IMG/VR virus record: IMGVR_UViG_3300023179_000020
Direction: 5' to 3' (one strand)
Origin: a virus
DNA length: 64,000 nucleotides
Part shown: in pieces, positions 39,296-48,881 of the stretch
Position numbering within the stretch: position 1 is the first letter of the stretch
Layout: each line of letters starts with the position of its first letter
Notes under the pieces: model-generated
Told to the model about the DNA's origin: nothing
The model's database searches: none
The model's input: only the letters and a program-made list of their open reading frames with translations
Made by a program: the position numbers and the translations under genes

Positions 39296-40051
39296 ATGAA
39301 AAACAGTGAAAAATTAATACAAGAAAAATACAATGGAATTCACCCAACATGCAAATGTGGGTGTAATGAAAAAACAGTTTATGATCCTAGTCGGAGAGAT
39401 TTCCCTGAATATAAAAGAGGACATCAAACTCGAGTAATTAAGGATTATTTTGGCGACCCTAAAAATCCAAAACGAGTTGAAAAAATTATATCAACCCGCA
39501 AACAAAAGTTTACTTCTGGGGAGTATGATCATATTAAAAAACAAGTATCTAAACCTAGATCTGAAGAAATTAAAAATAAAATTTCAAAATCAGGTAAAGG
39601 TGTATCTAGACCTAAAAAAGAAGGATTTGGGGTTGGTAGAAAACATTCGAATATAACTAAAGAAAAGATGAGTGATTCTGCTGTACAAAGAATAATAAAG
39701 ACAGATCAAAACCATACATCTAAATTAGAAAAAACTTTTTCTAATATTTTAGAATTATTAGATATAGAATATAAACAATTTTTTTATGCTAAAGATATTA
39801 AAGCATTTTACGATTTCTACATTCCAAAACATAATATTATTATTGAAGTAGATGGTGATTTTTGGCATTGTAACCCTAACTCTAAACATTCTGTTCCAAA
39901 ATATAAAACACAACAACAAAATTTAATTAAAGATTCTATTAAAACACAATGGGCTGTAGATAAGGGATATAAATTATTCAGATTTTGGGAAGACGATATA
40001 AATAACAATATCCAATACATAAAACAAATACTATTAGAAAATTGTAAATAA
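39296..40051 (+). CDS. Free-standing endonuclease, NUMOD3 plus DUF559/Vsr-like domain
   Basis: CKCGC N-terminus, GRKHS..TKEKMS, YDFY...IEVDGDFWH, RFWEDDI. Confidence 0.8.
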   Translation: MKNSEKLIQEKYNGIHPTCKCGCNEKTVYDPSRRDFPEYKRGHQTRVIKDYFGDPKNPKRVEKIISTRKQKFTSGEYDHIKKQVSKPRSEEIKNKISKSGKGVSRPKKEGFGVGRKHSNITKEKMSDSAVQRIIKTDQNHTSKLEKTFSNILELLDIEYKQFFYAKDIKAFYDFYIPKHNIIIEVDGDFWHCNPNSKHSVPKYKTQQQNLIKDSIKTQWAVDKGYKLFRFWEDDINNNIQYIKQILLENCK

Positions 40052-40052
40052 T

Positions 40053-40724
40053 ATGAATAATAAAGAATTAATTAAAAAGTTATATGAGGAATATAAAAAA
40101 GAATATTTAAACGAAATATACGATATTCCTTTAGAATATAAAAAAGAATCACCCACTAAATATCTTGTATATAAAGATAATAAAGAAATAGCATATTTTT
40201 TATTTACTTTTAAATACGATATAAATAATTCTCCTGTTGATTATAAACGTTATAAATTAGATAGATATTGGAGTGTGGATTGGTATTGGAGTCAAGGTAT
40301 ATCTAAAGAAGAAAAAAACGCTAAAAATTTTATTAGAGTAACATCTACTGCTTTTAAAATAGTAGATGATTTTATAAGAAACCATAATTACCCATCTCTA
40401 CTAGGATTTGGAGGACTAACAGAACAACATGAAAATATATATTCTGATGAAAAATTTGTTGATAGATGGAACATTTTATTAGGAGAAAGATACTATATAA
40501 AATGGGATATAGAAAATGATAAAATGTGGATAATAAATAAGAATTTTTATAAGACAGATGAAGCAAAAATATATGATGCTTCTCGTGCTTTTGAAAAGTC
40601 CTTATCTGAAATATATAGGCAGCAAAAATTTCCAACTAAACGTGACACTAAAGGTATATCTCGTCATAATCTTATAAAAGAACAAATTAGAAGAATTATA
40701 TTAAAACAAATATATTTAAAATAA
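40053..40724 (+). CDS. Hypothetical protein with helical N-terminal leader ending YLNE
   Basis: 223 aa, inserted in the tail module. Confidence 0.55.
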   Translation: MNNKELIKKLYEEYKKEYLNEIYDIPLEYKKESPTKYLVYKDNKEIAYFLFTFKYDINNSPVDYKRYKLDRYWSVDWYWSQGISKEEKNAKNFIRVTSTAFKIVDDFIRNHNYPSLLGFGGLTEQHENIYSDEKFVDRWNILLGERYYIKWDIENDKMWIINKNFYKTDEAKIYDASRAFEKSLSEIYRQQKFPTKRDTKGISRHNLIKEQIRRIILKQIYLK

Positions 40725-40756
40725 CCCGCAAAAAAATTGCGGGTTTCTTTTTTTTC
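40722..40756 (+). terminator. Rho-independent terminator
   Basis: AACCCGCAA...TTGCGGGTT plus long T-run. Confidence 0.8.
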
Positions 40757-40781
40757 TTTATATTTATAATAAAACATAATT

Positions 40782-43172
40782 ATGGGTTTATTAGAACGTT
40801 TTTTAAACAATGGTTCATCTTTAGACATTGAAACCCCATCAGTTGGAGGAGGACCAATTAATGATCCTGCTTCTGGGTTTGTTCAAACATATTTGCCTAA
40901 TAATACTTATGAAAGCACCACAGTAGGACAACCTGATAATGGTAGTGAATTATCAACTACCCTAAACCAAACAGCATTAGACACTAGTGATCCTAATTAT
41001 GTTGGTCCTACACTTCCTCCTAACATCAACACTCAATATCCAGACCAGGCACATGGAGAATTTGGAGGAGCGCCTTCTCAATTTACTCAACAGTGGAACG
41101 CAACAAATACTTACTTAAGTTATATTAGTGGTATTGTTGATTCTGCTGATGACATTCAAGTTCAAACATTAACCCAAACCAATTTAGATACAGATGCTCA
41201 AGGTAATTCCAACATACCTAGTCCTTTAGGGTATCAAACTTCATATCCTGAACAAACACATGGAGAATTTGGAGGAGCGCCTTCTCAATTTGATCAAAAT
41301 TGGAGTGTAAATAATCAATATATTAGTAATTATAATCCTAATGCTCAAGTTCAAACATTAACCCAAACCAATTTAGATACAGATGCTCAAGGTAATTCCA
41401 ATGTGCCTAATCCGTTAAACATTAATACTCCTATAACTCCTACAATACCTTCACTTAATGTTAATATGGGTGAATTTGGAGGGGCACCTTCTCAATTTGT
41501 TCAAACATATAGTCCTAGTAATACTTATTTAAACAATTTACCTTCTGTATCTCCTCAAGAAAATACCTTAGCCCAAACTGGATTAGATAATACTGATCCT
41601 ACAGCCGAACCTACAACATTAATAAACACTCCTACTATACCGGATACTATAACATCTTATCCCCCATTAGCAAGTGGAGAATTTGAAAATGGATCTGAAG
41701 GATTTACACAACCTTGGAACCCAAATAACACATATTTAGACAATCTTAATCCTAACACCCAAGTCAATACTTTAACCCAAACAAATTTAGATACAGATGC
41801 TCAAGGTAATTCCAATGTGCCTAATCCGTTAAACATTAATACTCCTATAACTCCTACAATACCTTCACTTAATGTTAATATGGGTGAATTTGGAGGGGCA
41901 CCTTCTCAATTTGTTCAAACATATAGTCCTAGTAATACTTATTTAAACAATTTACCTTCTGTATCTCCTCAAGAAAATACCTTAGCCCAAACTGGATTAG
42001 ATAATACTGATCCTACAGCCGAACCTACAACATTAATAAACACTCCTACTATACCGGATACTATAACATCTTATCCCCCATTAGCAAGTGGAGAATTTGA
42101 AAATGGATCTGAAGGATTTACACAACCTTGGAACCCAAATAACACATATTTAGACAATCTTAATCCTAACACCCAAGTCAATACTTTAACCCAAACAAAT
42201 TTAGATACAGATGGTCAAGGTACTTCTAACGTCCCTAATCCTTTAGCCCCAGGAGTTATACCTGATTTAACTCCAAATCATGAATTACCTAATGGAGTAT
42301 ATATGGGTGAATTTGGAGGAGCGCCTTCTCAATTTGATCAAAATTGGAGTGTAAATAATCAATATATTAGTAATTATAATCCTAACATTCAAATTGATAC
42401 TTTGACCCAAACCGCATTAGACAATACTGAACTTCAACAAGTAAATACTAATATTAATCCGTTAGACATTGATACTCCTATAACCCCTCAAATTATGTCA
42501 CCCAATATTAACATGGGTGAATTTGCAAATGGGCCTTCTCAATTTGCTCAAACATATGGTCCTGATAATTTGTATTTAGAAACTATTAATAATATTAGTA
42601 TTCCTGAAAATAATACTCAAGTTCAAACATTAACCCAAACCAATTTAGATACAGATGCTCAAGGTAATTCCAATATTCCTAATCCGTTAGACATTAACAT
42701 CCCAACAACACCTGCGCATCCTTTGTCTAAAGGAGTGTTTATGGGAGAATATTATAGTAGTAATCCTTCCCAATTTACTCAAAATTGGAGTGTTAATAAC
42801 ATGTATTTAGACAATGTAGATTATGGAGGCCGTAATCCTCAAATCCAGTCTTTAAAAGACACAGGATTAGATGTAGAAAATGAAAGAGCTCAAACTACAG
42901 CTGAAAACTTTGCTCCAGTAATTCCAGATAATACTCCTTATCCATTAGAAGCAACTGGTAGAAATGGGTATTTTAAACAAGAATGGACACCTAAAAATGG
43001 ATACTGGAGGTACTATTTGGGTAACAGACAAAAATTTAATACAGGTCCAATAGGTGTTAGTTCAGCATATTCATATGAAACAAACCCAAAACTTCGAGGT
43101 AATTTTGCTTTTGGTTCTAACGCTGCTAATTTTATAAAAGATGCAGTATCTTCAGTAAAAAACATATTTTGA
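40782..43172 (+). CDS. Acidic Asn/Pro/Thr-rich repeat protein in the tail module
   Basis: About ten 65-70-aa units LxQTxLD...GEFGGAPSQFxQxW..NN.Y. Confidence 0.7.
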   Translation: MGLLERFLNNGSSLDIETPSVGGGPINDPASGFVQTYLPNNTYESTTVGQPDNGSELSTTLNQTALDTSDPNYVGPTLPPNINTQYPDQAHGEFGGAPSQFTQQWNATNTYLSYISGIVDSADDIQVQTLTQTNLDTDAQGNSNIPSPLGYQTSYPEQTHGEFGGAPSQFDQNWSVNNQYISNYNPNAQVQTLTQTNLDTDAQGNSNVPNPLNINTPITPTIPSLNVNMGEFGGAPSQFVQTYSPSNTYLNNLPSVSPQENTLAQTGLDNTDPTAEPTTLINTPTIPDTITSYPPLASGEFENGSEGFTQPWNPNNTYLDNLNPNTQVNTLTQTNLDTDAQGNSNVPNPLNINTPITPTIPSLNVNMGEFGGAPSQFVQTYSPSNTYLNNLPSVSPQENTLAQTGLDNTDPTAEPTTLINTPTIPDTITSYPPLASGEFENGSEGFTQPWNPNNTYLDNLNPNTQVNTLTQTNLDTDGQGTSNVPNPLAPGVIPDLTPNHELPNGVYMGEFGGAPSQFDQNWSVNNQYISNYNPNIQIDTLTQTALDNTELQQVNTNINPLDIDTPITPQIMSPNINMGEFANGPSQFAQTYGPDNLYLETINNISIPENNTQVQTLTQTNLDTDAQGNSNIPNPLDINIPTTPAHPLSKGVFMGEYYSSNPSQFTQNWSVNNMYLDNVDYGGRNPQIQSLKDTGLDVENERAQTTAENFAPVIPDNTPYPLEATGRNGYFKQEWTPKNGYWRYYLGNRQKFNTGPIGVSSAYSYETNPKLRGNFAFGSNAANFIKDAVSSVKNIF
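41370..42212 (+). repeat. Perfect 414-nt tandem duplication
   Basis: 41370-41783 is identical to 41784-42197 by direct reading. Confidence 0.9.
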
Positions 43173-43206
43173 TATATTTATAATAAAACGTTATAACAAA
43201 TAATTT

Positions 43207-43935
43207 ATGAATAATTTAAACACCCCAACAGAAGTTATTGAATTACCCTCAAAAGGTTTAGTCTACCCAGAAACAAATCCACTTTCAAGCGGAAAAGTTG
43301 AAATGAAATACATGACCGCAAAAGAAGAAGACATTCTAACAAACCAAAATTACATTAGTAAAGGTGTAGTTTTAGATGAATTAATCAAGTCACTTATTGT
43401 TTCTGATGTAAAGTATGAAGATTTAATTATAGGCGATAAAAACGCTTTATTAGTAGCAGCTCGTATTTTAGGATATGGTAAAGACTATACTTTTACTTAT
43501 GATAATGAAGAACAAACAGTTGATTTGTCTAAAATTGATAACAAACCACTAAATGAATCTTTATTTGTTAAAGGACAAAATGAATTTTCATTTACACTTC
43601 CTTCAACTGGTACTAACATAACTTTTAAGTTATTAACAGGTCATGATGAGAAAAAAATAAACGCTGAATTAGAAGGTTTAAAAAAGATAAACAAATTCAA
43701 TTCCCCAGAAATGTCAACCAGGTTAAAATACATAATAACTTCAGTTGAAGGTAATAGGGATTCAAAAGACATTCGTCAATTTGTTGATAATCAATTATTG
43801 GCTCGCGACTCTAGAGCGTTAAGAGAGTACATAAAGGAGGTGCAGCCAGACGTTGATCTGACCTTTTTTCCCGATGGAAACGACACAAAAGTTGACATTC
43901 CCGTTGGACTTAAGTTTTTTTGGCCTGACATCTGA
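43207..43935 (+). CDS. Tail assembly chaperone / T4 gp26-like baseplate-hub protein
   Basis: ELPSKG, MTAKEEDIL motifs; upstream of tape measure; ends FFWPDI. Confidence 0.75.
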   Translation: MNNLNTPTEVIELPSKGLVYPETNPLSSGKVEMKYMTAKEEDILTNQNYISKGVVLDELIKSLIVSDVKYEDLIIGDKNALLVAARILGYGKDYTFTYDNEEQTVDLSKIDNKPLNESLFVKGQNEFSFTLPSTGTNITFKLLTGHDEKKINAELEGLKKINKFNSPEMSTRLKYIITSVEGNRDSKDIRQFVDNQLLARDSRALREYIKEVQPDVDLTFFPDGNDTKVDIPVGLKFFWPDI

Positions 43936-44203
43936 AGTAGCACCTCAGGTTAGAATTAATTTATTTACTCAAATTCATGAAATAGTTTTTCATGGTCAAG
44001 GTGGCTATGATTGGGAAACAGTCTATAACATGCCTATTTGGCTTCGTAAGTTTACTTTTAATAAAATGAAAGAACATTACGATAAACAAAATTCTCAACA
44101 AAACGAAGACTTAGCTACTCAATCTCAAAAGATTAAGGAAGGTAAAATTCAAATTCCTGATTATTTTAAGGGTAAATCTGGTAAAAAGATACCTAAATAC
44201 TAA
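43916..44203 (+). CDS. Probable frameshift extension (GT/gp51-like) of the chaperone
   Basis: +1 frame open across T7 run 43915-43921; QIHEIVFHG.GGYDW..VYNMPIWLR. Confidence 0.6.
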   Translation, partial: FFGLTSEVAPQVRINLFTQIHEIVFHGQGGYDWETVYNMPIWLRKFTFNKMKEHYDKQNSQQNEDLATQSQKIKEGKIQIPDYFKGKSGKKIPKY

Positions 44204-44241
44204 AAATCACAGTATTTAATATTTATAGCATATAAAATATT

Positions 44242-46701
44242 ATGGCACAAAATTTATCACCAGCTGAATTACAAGAATTAATTAAATTATTCAAAATATT
44301 AGATGGTTTATCAGATTCTGCTGCTCAACATGCTGCAACTCAAGCCCAAAATATAGGTAATGCTACTAATGAATTAGATCGTTTACGTAAAGCATATAAG
44401 GATTTTACAGGAGATATCTCAAATGCTTTAAAAACATTTAAAGAATTAGTTTCTCAAATTAGTAAACAAAAAACCGGTATTGAAGAATCTAAAAAAGCAT
44501 ATAAAGGTTTATCTTCTATAGCTGAAAAAATTCAATACCATCAAATGGGTATATCTACTCTATCTTCTAAAGAAATAAAAAATCTTCAAGAAAAAGCTAA
44601 ACAAGAAAAACAAAGATTAGAAACAGCCCAATACTTATTAGATTCAGATAAAGCTAAAATTGAATCTGATAAACGACAATTAATTGCTGCTATACAACAA
44701 AGAGCTCAACAAGGTTTATTAAGTAATGATTTAAGAAAACAATTAGCTGAAAAAAACTTAAAGCTTCAAGAAATTAATAAGACATATCAAGAAAATAAAG
44801 ACCTTCTTAATGATACTAACAATTCTTTAACTCAAACCGTTGAAACCTTAGAGACAGAATATAAAGCTGCTAAAAAAATTGAAAAGTCTATGGGCCTTAC
44901 TGGGGCACTAATGAAAGGAATAAGTAAAATTCCTATATTAGGAGACATGCCTGGAATGGCTAGCATAGCTGGAGAAGTTGAAGAGGAGATGAAAAAAATT
45001 GAAAGAGAAGAAGGAAGAATAGTTGGTAGAACAGAAGCTATGGGTATGGCTTTTAAAAAAGTAGGAGGTGTTATAAAAGATAATTTAACAGATCCTTTAT
45101 TTTTAATTGGATTATTAGTTAAAGGTTTTAAAGCGTTTTTAGACATAGGATTTGCTGCTTCTAAACAAACTACAGAAATGGGTAAATCTATGGCTATATC
45201 TTCAAAAGAAGCTGGTTTTATAAGAGAAAGATTTAGAGACATACAAAACTCAAGTGACAATATTTTAGTAACAACCGTTAATTTAGCAGAAGCCCAAGGT
45301 CAATTAGCTAATGCTTTTGGGGCTACTAGAGGTTTTACAGATGCTCAATTGCAAGACCAAATAAAATTAACAAAAGCAATGGGCCTTACAGAAGAAACAG
45401 CAGCAGGAATACAACAATTAGCAATGGCTAATGGTAAATCTGCAGATGACGTTGTTGCTTCAACAATAAAACAAACTGCTGCTTTAGCCAAACAAAAAGG
45501 AATACAATTAGACAACAGAAAAGTATTAGCTGAAGTAGCAAAAGTTTCAGGCCAATTAAGATTACAATACCAAAATAATCCAGAACTAATAGCTAAAGCA
45601 GTTGTTCAAACTCAAAAATTAGGTATTAATTTAGAACAAGCCAAAAACATGGCTGAAAAATTGTTAGACTTTGAACAATCTATTAGTAGTGAATTAGAAG
45701 CAGAATTATTAACAGGTAAAGATCTTAATCTTGAAGAAGCAAGACTACTAGCATTTCAAGGCAAATCAGCTGAAGCTGCAGCTTTAATGTTAAAACAAAT
45801 GGGAGGTTCAGCCGAATTTGCTAAAATGAATGTTTTTCAACAACAATCTATAGCTCAGGCTTTAGGCATGAATGCTGATGAATTAGCAAATTCTTTAGTT
45901 GCTCAAGAAAATTTAAATAGATTAGGAGGTGAAACTAAAAAACAAATTGAAGAACAATTAAAATTAGCAAAAGCAAATGGAGAAACAGATAAGATTCGTA
46001 TGTTAGAAAACTCTCTTGGGAACGAAAAAGAAGCTAAAGCTGCTTTAGAAAAACTAGATGCTCAAACTCAATTTAATGCTGCTATTGATAAATTAAAAAG
46101 CATGTTGACTTCTATTGTAGAAGGACCTGCTTTAAAATTTGTTGAAATGTTAGCAAATACAATTTCAAATGGAGAGGCTTTAAAATCTATTTTTACACAA
46201 ATTGGTATTATAATAAGTACTATAAGTTTAACTAAATTAATCACAGGTTTAATAACAGCAGCAGTATCAGCTGGTTCACTATCTATTGCATCTGCCACTT
46301 TTGCATCTGCTCTCACATTAGGTATAGGAGCAGCAGTTATTATAGGTTCTATAGCAGCTATTAGTAGTGCTATGAGTAATGCTCAAAAAGATGCTGAAAA
46401 TAGAGCTAAACAACTAAAACCAGCAAAAGCAGCACGAGGAGGAACAGTAGTAGGTAAAGGAAGTGTAATGGTAGGAGAAGAAGGCCCTGAAATTTTATCC
46501 TTAAACCCAGGAGCAACTATAACTCCATTGTCAAAAACTAACGCTGCTACAGAAGTTTATTCTACTACAAATAATTCATCCGGTATTGATTACGATAGAC
46601 TTATAAACGGATTAGCAGACGCAATATCTGGAAGACCAACATATTTAGACTCACAAAAAGTAAATCAACAATCTAACTTAAGTGCAGTATCTGTTCAATA
46701 A
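44242..46701 (+). CDS. Tape measure protein
   Basis: 819 aa, helical Ala/Gln/Lys-rich, late hydrophobic segment, ARGG...VGEEGPE motif. Confidence 0.85.
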   Translation: MAQNLSPAELQELIKLFKILDGLSDSAAQHAATQAQNIGNATNELDRLRKAYKDFTGDISNALKTFKELVSQISKQKTGIEESKKAYKGLSSIAEKIQYHQMGISTLSSKEIKNLQEKAKQEKQRLETAQYLLDSDKAKIESDKRQLIAAIQQRAQQGLLSNDLRKQLAEKNLKLQEINKTYQENKDLLNDTNNSLTQTVETLETEYKAAKKIEKSMGLTGALMKGISKIPILGDMPGMASIAGEVEEEMKKIEREEGRIVGRTEAMGMAFKKVGGVIKDNLTDPLFLIGLLVKGFKAFLDIGFAASKQTTEMGKSMAISSKEAGFIRERFRDIQNSSDNILVTTVNLAEAQGQLANAFGATRGFTDAQLQDQIKLTKAMGLTEETAAGIQQLAMANGKSADDVVASTIKQTAALAKQKGIQLDNRKVLAEVAKVSGQLRLQYQNNPELIAKAVVQTQKLGINLEQAKNMAEKLLDFEQSISSELEAELLTGKDLNLEEARLLAFQGKSAEAAALMLKQMGGSAEFAKMNVFQQQSIAQALGMNADELANSLVAQENLNRLGGETKKQIEEQLKLAKANGETDKIRMLENSLGNEKEAKAALEKLDAQTQFNAAIDKLKSMLTSIVEGPALKFVEMLANTISNGEALKSIFTQIGIIISTISLTKLITGLITAAVSAGSLSIASATFASALTLGIGAAVIIGSIAAISSAMSNAQKDAENRAKQLKPAKAARGGTVVGKGSVMVGEEGPEILSLNPGATITPLSKTNAATEVYSTTNNSSGIDYDRLINGLADAISGRPTYLDSQKVNQQSNLSAVSVQ

Positions 46702-46738
46702 TAGAATATTTATAATAAAACATTAAAACTATAAAACC

Positions 46739-47014
46739 ATGGGATTACTAGACAAATTACTAAATGGAGGATCAACTTACACTCCATACAACGGAACAAC
46801 TCCTGGAATTAATCCTTTAGCAACAAAGCAATCTCAACTTCATGCTGACGGAGCAGGAGCACCTGGTTACTCTGTAAATGGAGGATTTTTTGGTAGTGTA
46901 AACAGCGCATATCAAACGTATTTAGACGGTACTAATAACATTTTACCACAACCATCACAATTAGACTTGAATGGTATTGATCCTACTCAATATATTCAAA
47001 ACTTACCTGAATAA
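46739..47014 (+). CDS. Small tail-module protein, N-terminus similar to the 40782 protein
   Basis: MGLLDKLLNGGS vs MGLLERFLNNGS. Confidence 0.6.
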   Translation: MGLLDKLLNGGSTYTPYNGTTPGINPLATKQSQLHADGAGAPGYSVNGGFFGSVNSAYQTYLDGTNNILPQPSQLDLNGIDPTQYIQNLPE

Positions 47015-48576
47015 TGCCCTTAATTGACCTTCAAACAAATTTAAGATCCCTTAAATATGGGATGGATAGACCTGGAGGGGCAACTAGCAAACAACCATTT
47101 ATTACCACTGACATACCCGGAACCCCAGAGGGAACAGTTCCTTACAGTGCTGCTAATGATAATTCTGATTATGAAGGAAATTCTCCTGACTTTATTTTAA
47201 GGAATGGATTATTAAACGTTCAAGACTCACTTCAAGACGTTGTTAGGGTAACTAAATGGTTTGCTACACCTAGTGGTTTGTCTTTTATTATAAAACAGAC
47301 TTTATTAGAAAGGCAAAATGTGCTTATACCTGGAGGAAGTGGAGGAGTGTTACAACGACTTTATCTTCCTACATCTACAATAGCACAAGCTGGTGTTTTA
47401 TCATTAGGGTACCATTTGAATAAAAAAGGATTAAACCCATTTGTTAAAGGATATGCTGTTGACGGTGAAAGTGCTGAAGGATACTTTAACACTACATTAA
47501 CTGAGGATAGAGATAATGATAGTAGTAGGCTTACATTGTTGTATAAAGTAAAAGATTTATCATTTGTAAATATTAGTCAAGATGAACTTTTTAAAGCCAA
47601 ACAACTCTACAACATAAGTAGAGACTCAACCCTTTTATTTTCATACAATGGTGGTCCAAACAGCCCTATTCCCGGTTTGGGAAAAACAAATATACGATTT
47701 GCAGGTTCAGGTCCAAGAAACAGAGTTATCAACAATGATCGTACTATATCAGATGCTATATTATTAACAAACAATGAAGAACCTCAAGTTTATCCTGTTA
47801 AAAAATCAACATATTTATCTGCTTTAAATGCTAATTATAATAAAGGAATAAAGGGATTTAATAGAGAAAAAACTTATGGTACCTTAGCTACTAATTGGAG
47901 TGGATCAGGGGACCCAAATAAAGATTCTCAAAATTATCTTGATGTTACATCAAAGCCTACTCAAGAAGACAAAGATCGTGATTTAATTAAATTCTTTTTT
48001 GAAGTTGTTAACCCTACATCTGTTAATGACACAAGTAATGATTTTTTATTCTTTAGAGCATATGTTAATAGTATAGGTGATAATTTTAAAGCAGAGTGGA
48101 CACCATACAAATATGTTGGTAGAGCAGAAAATTTTTACAAATACGGTGGATTTGGTAGAGATGTTCAATTATCATTCACTATATATGCTCATACTGAACA
48201 AGAAATGATTCCTTTGTATAACAAATTAAACCGATTATTAGGAACAACTGCTCCACGATATGGAAAATCAGGACTTATGCTAGGAAATTTTGTTAGAATA
48301 ACAATTGGTGATTACTTTAATAATATGCCTTCTATAATTAGTAGTATAAACCTAAAACCTTCATTTGAGGCAGGATGGGAAATAAATAGGAATGATAATG
48401 GTACTATTATAACTACCTCCAATTCTTCATTTCCCGCTAATCCTTCAGATGAAACAATTAAACAATTATCAATTGGTCAAATACCAAAACTGATAGAAGT
48501 TGATTTAGGCTTTACTCCTCTTCATGATTTTGTTCCTCAATATGGAGAAAGTTTTATACGAAAAACAGTAAACTAA
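47014..48576 (+). CDS. Baseplate/tube-initiator-like protein
   Basis: FRAY...D.F.AEW....YVGRAE.FY.Y.GF.R motif; position. Confidence 0.6.
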   Translation: MPLIDLQTNLRSLKYGMDRPGGATSKQPFITTDIPGTPEGTVPYSAANDNSDYEGNSPDFILRNGLLNVQDSLQDVVRVTKWFATPSGLSFIIKQTLLERQNVLIPGGSGGVLQRLYLPTSTIAQAGVLSLGYHLNKKGLNPFVKGYAVDGESAEGYFNTTLTEDRDNDSSRLTLLYKVKDLSFVNISQDELFKAKQLYNISRDSTLLFSYNGGPNSPIPGLGKTNIRFAGSGPRNRVINNDRTISDAILLTNNEEPQVYPVKKSTYLSALNANYNKGIKGFNREKTYGTLATNWSGSGDPNKDSQNYLDVTSKPTQEDKDRDLIKFFFEVVNPTSVNDTSNDFLFFRAYVNSIGDNFKAEWTPYKYVGRAENFYKYGGFGRDVQLSFTIYAHTEQEMIPLYNKLNRLLGTTAPRYGKSGLMLGNFVRITIGDYFNNMPSIISSINLKPSFEAGWEINRNDNGTIITTSNSSFPANPSDETIKQLSIGQIPKLIEVDLGFTPLHDFVPQYGESFIRKTVN

Positions 48577-48579
48577 TCA

Positions 48580-48879
48580 ATGAACAGATACCAATACATT
48601 CCTATCATTACCAGTTCTTTAGGAAAAAGATACTATAGGGATTCAAAATACCCTCGTATTCCACTATCTGTCAACGATATTTATGTGGTGACAACTATTG
48701 GTGATAGGTTTGATTTATTAGCAGACCAATACTATGGTGATTCATCGTTATGGTGGATCATATCTATTGCTAATGAAGAATTACCACAAAACTCACTATA
48801 CATATCTGAAGGTACTCAACTTAGAATACCAACAGATGTGAGTAATATTATAAGAAGTTACAATCAATTAAATTCTTAG
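48580..48879 (+). CDS. LysM/tail-X-like baseplate protein
   Basis: GDRFDLLADQYYGDSSLWWIISIAN...GTQLRIP. Confidence 0.8.
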   Translation: MNRYQYIPIITSSLGKRYYRDSKYPRIPLSVNDIYVVTTIGDRFDLLADQYYGDSSLWWIISIANEELPQNSLYISEGTQLRIPTDVSNIIRSYNQLNS

Positions 48880-48881
48880 TT

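Noticed and set aside
43862-43872. Alternative slippery site CTTTTTTCCC in the chaperone
   Set aside because: Possible, but the T7 run at 43915-43921 gives perfect re-pairing into the needed +1 frame next to the stop
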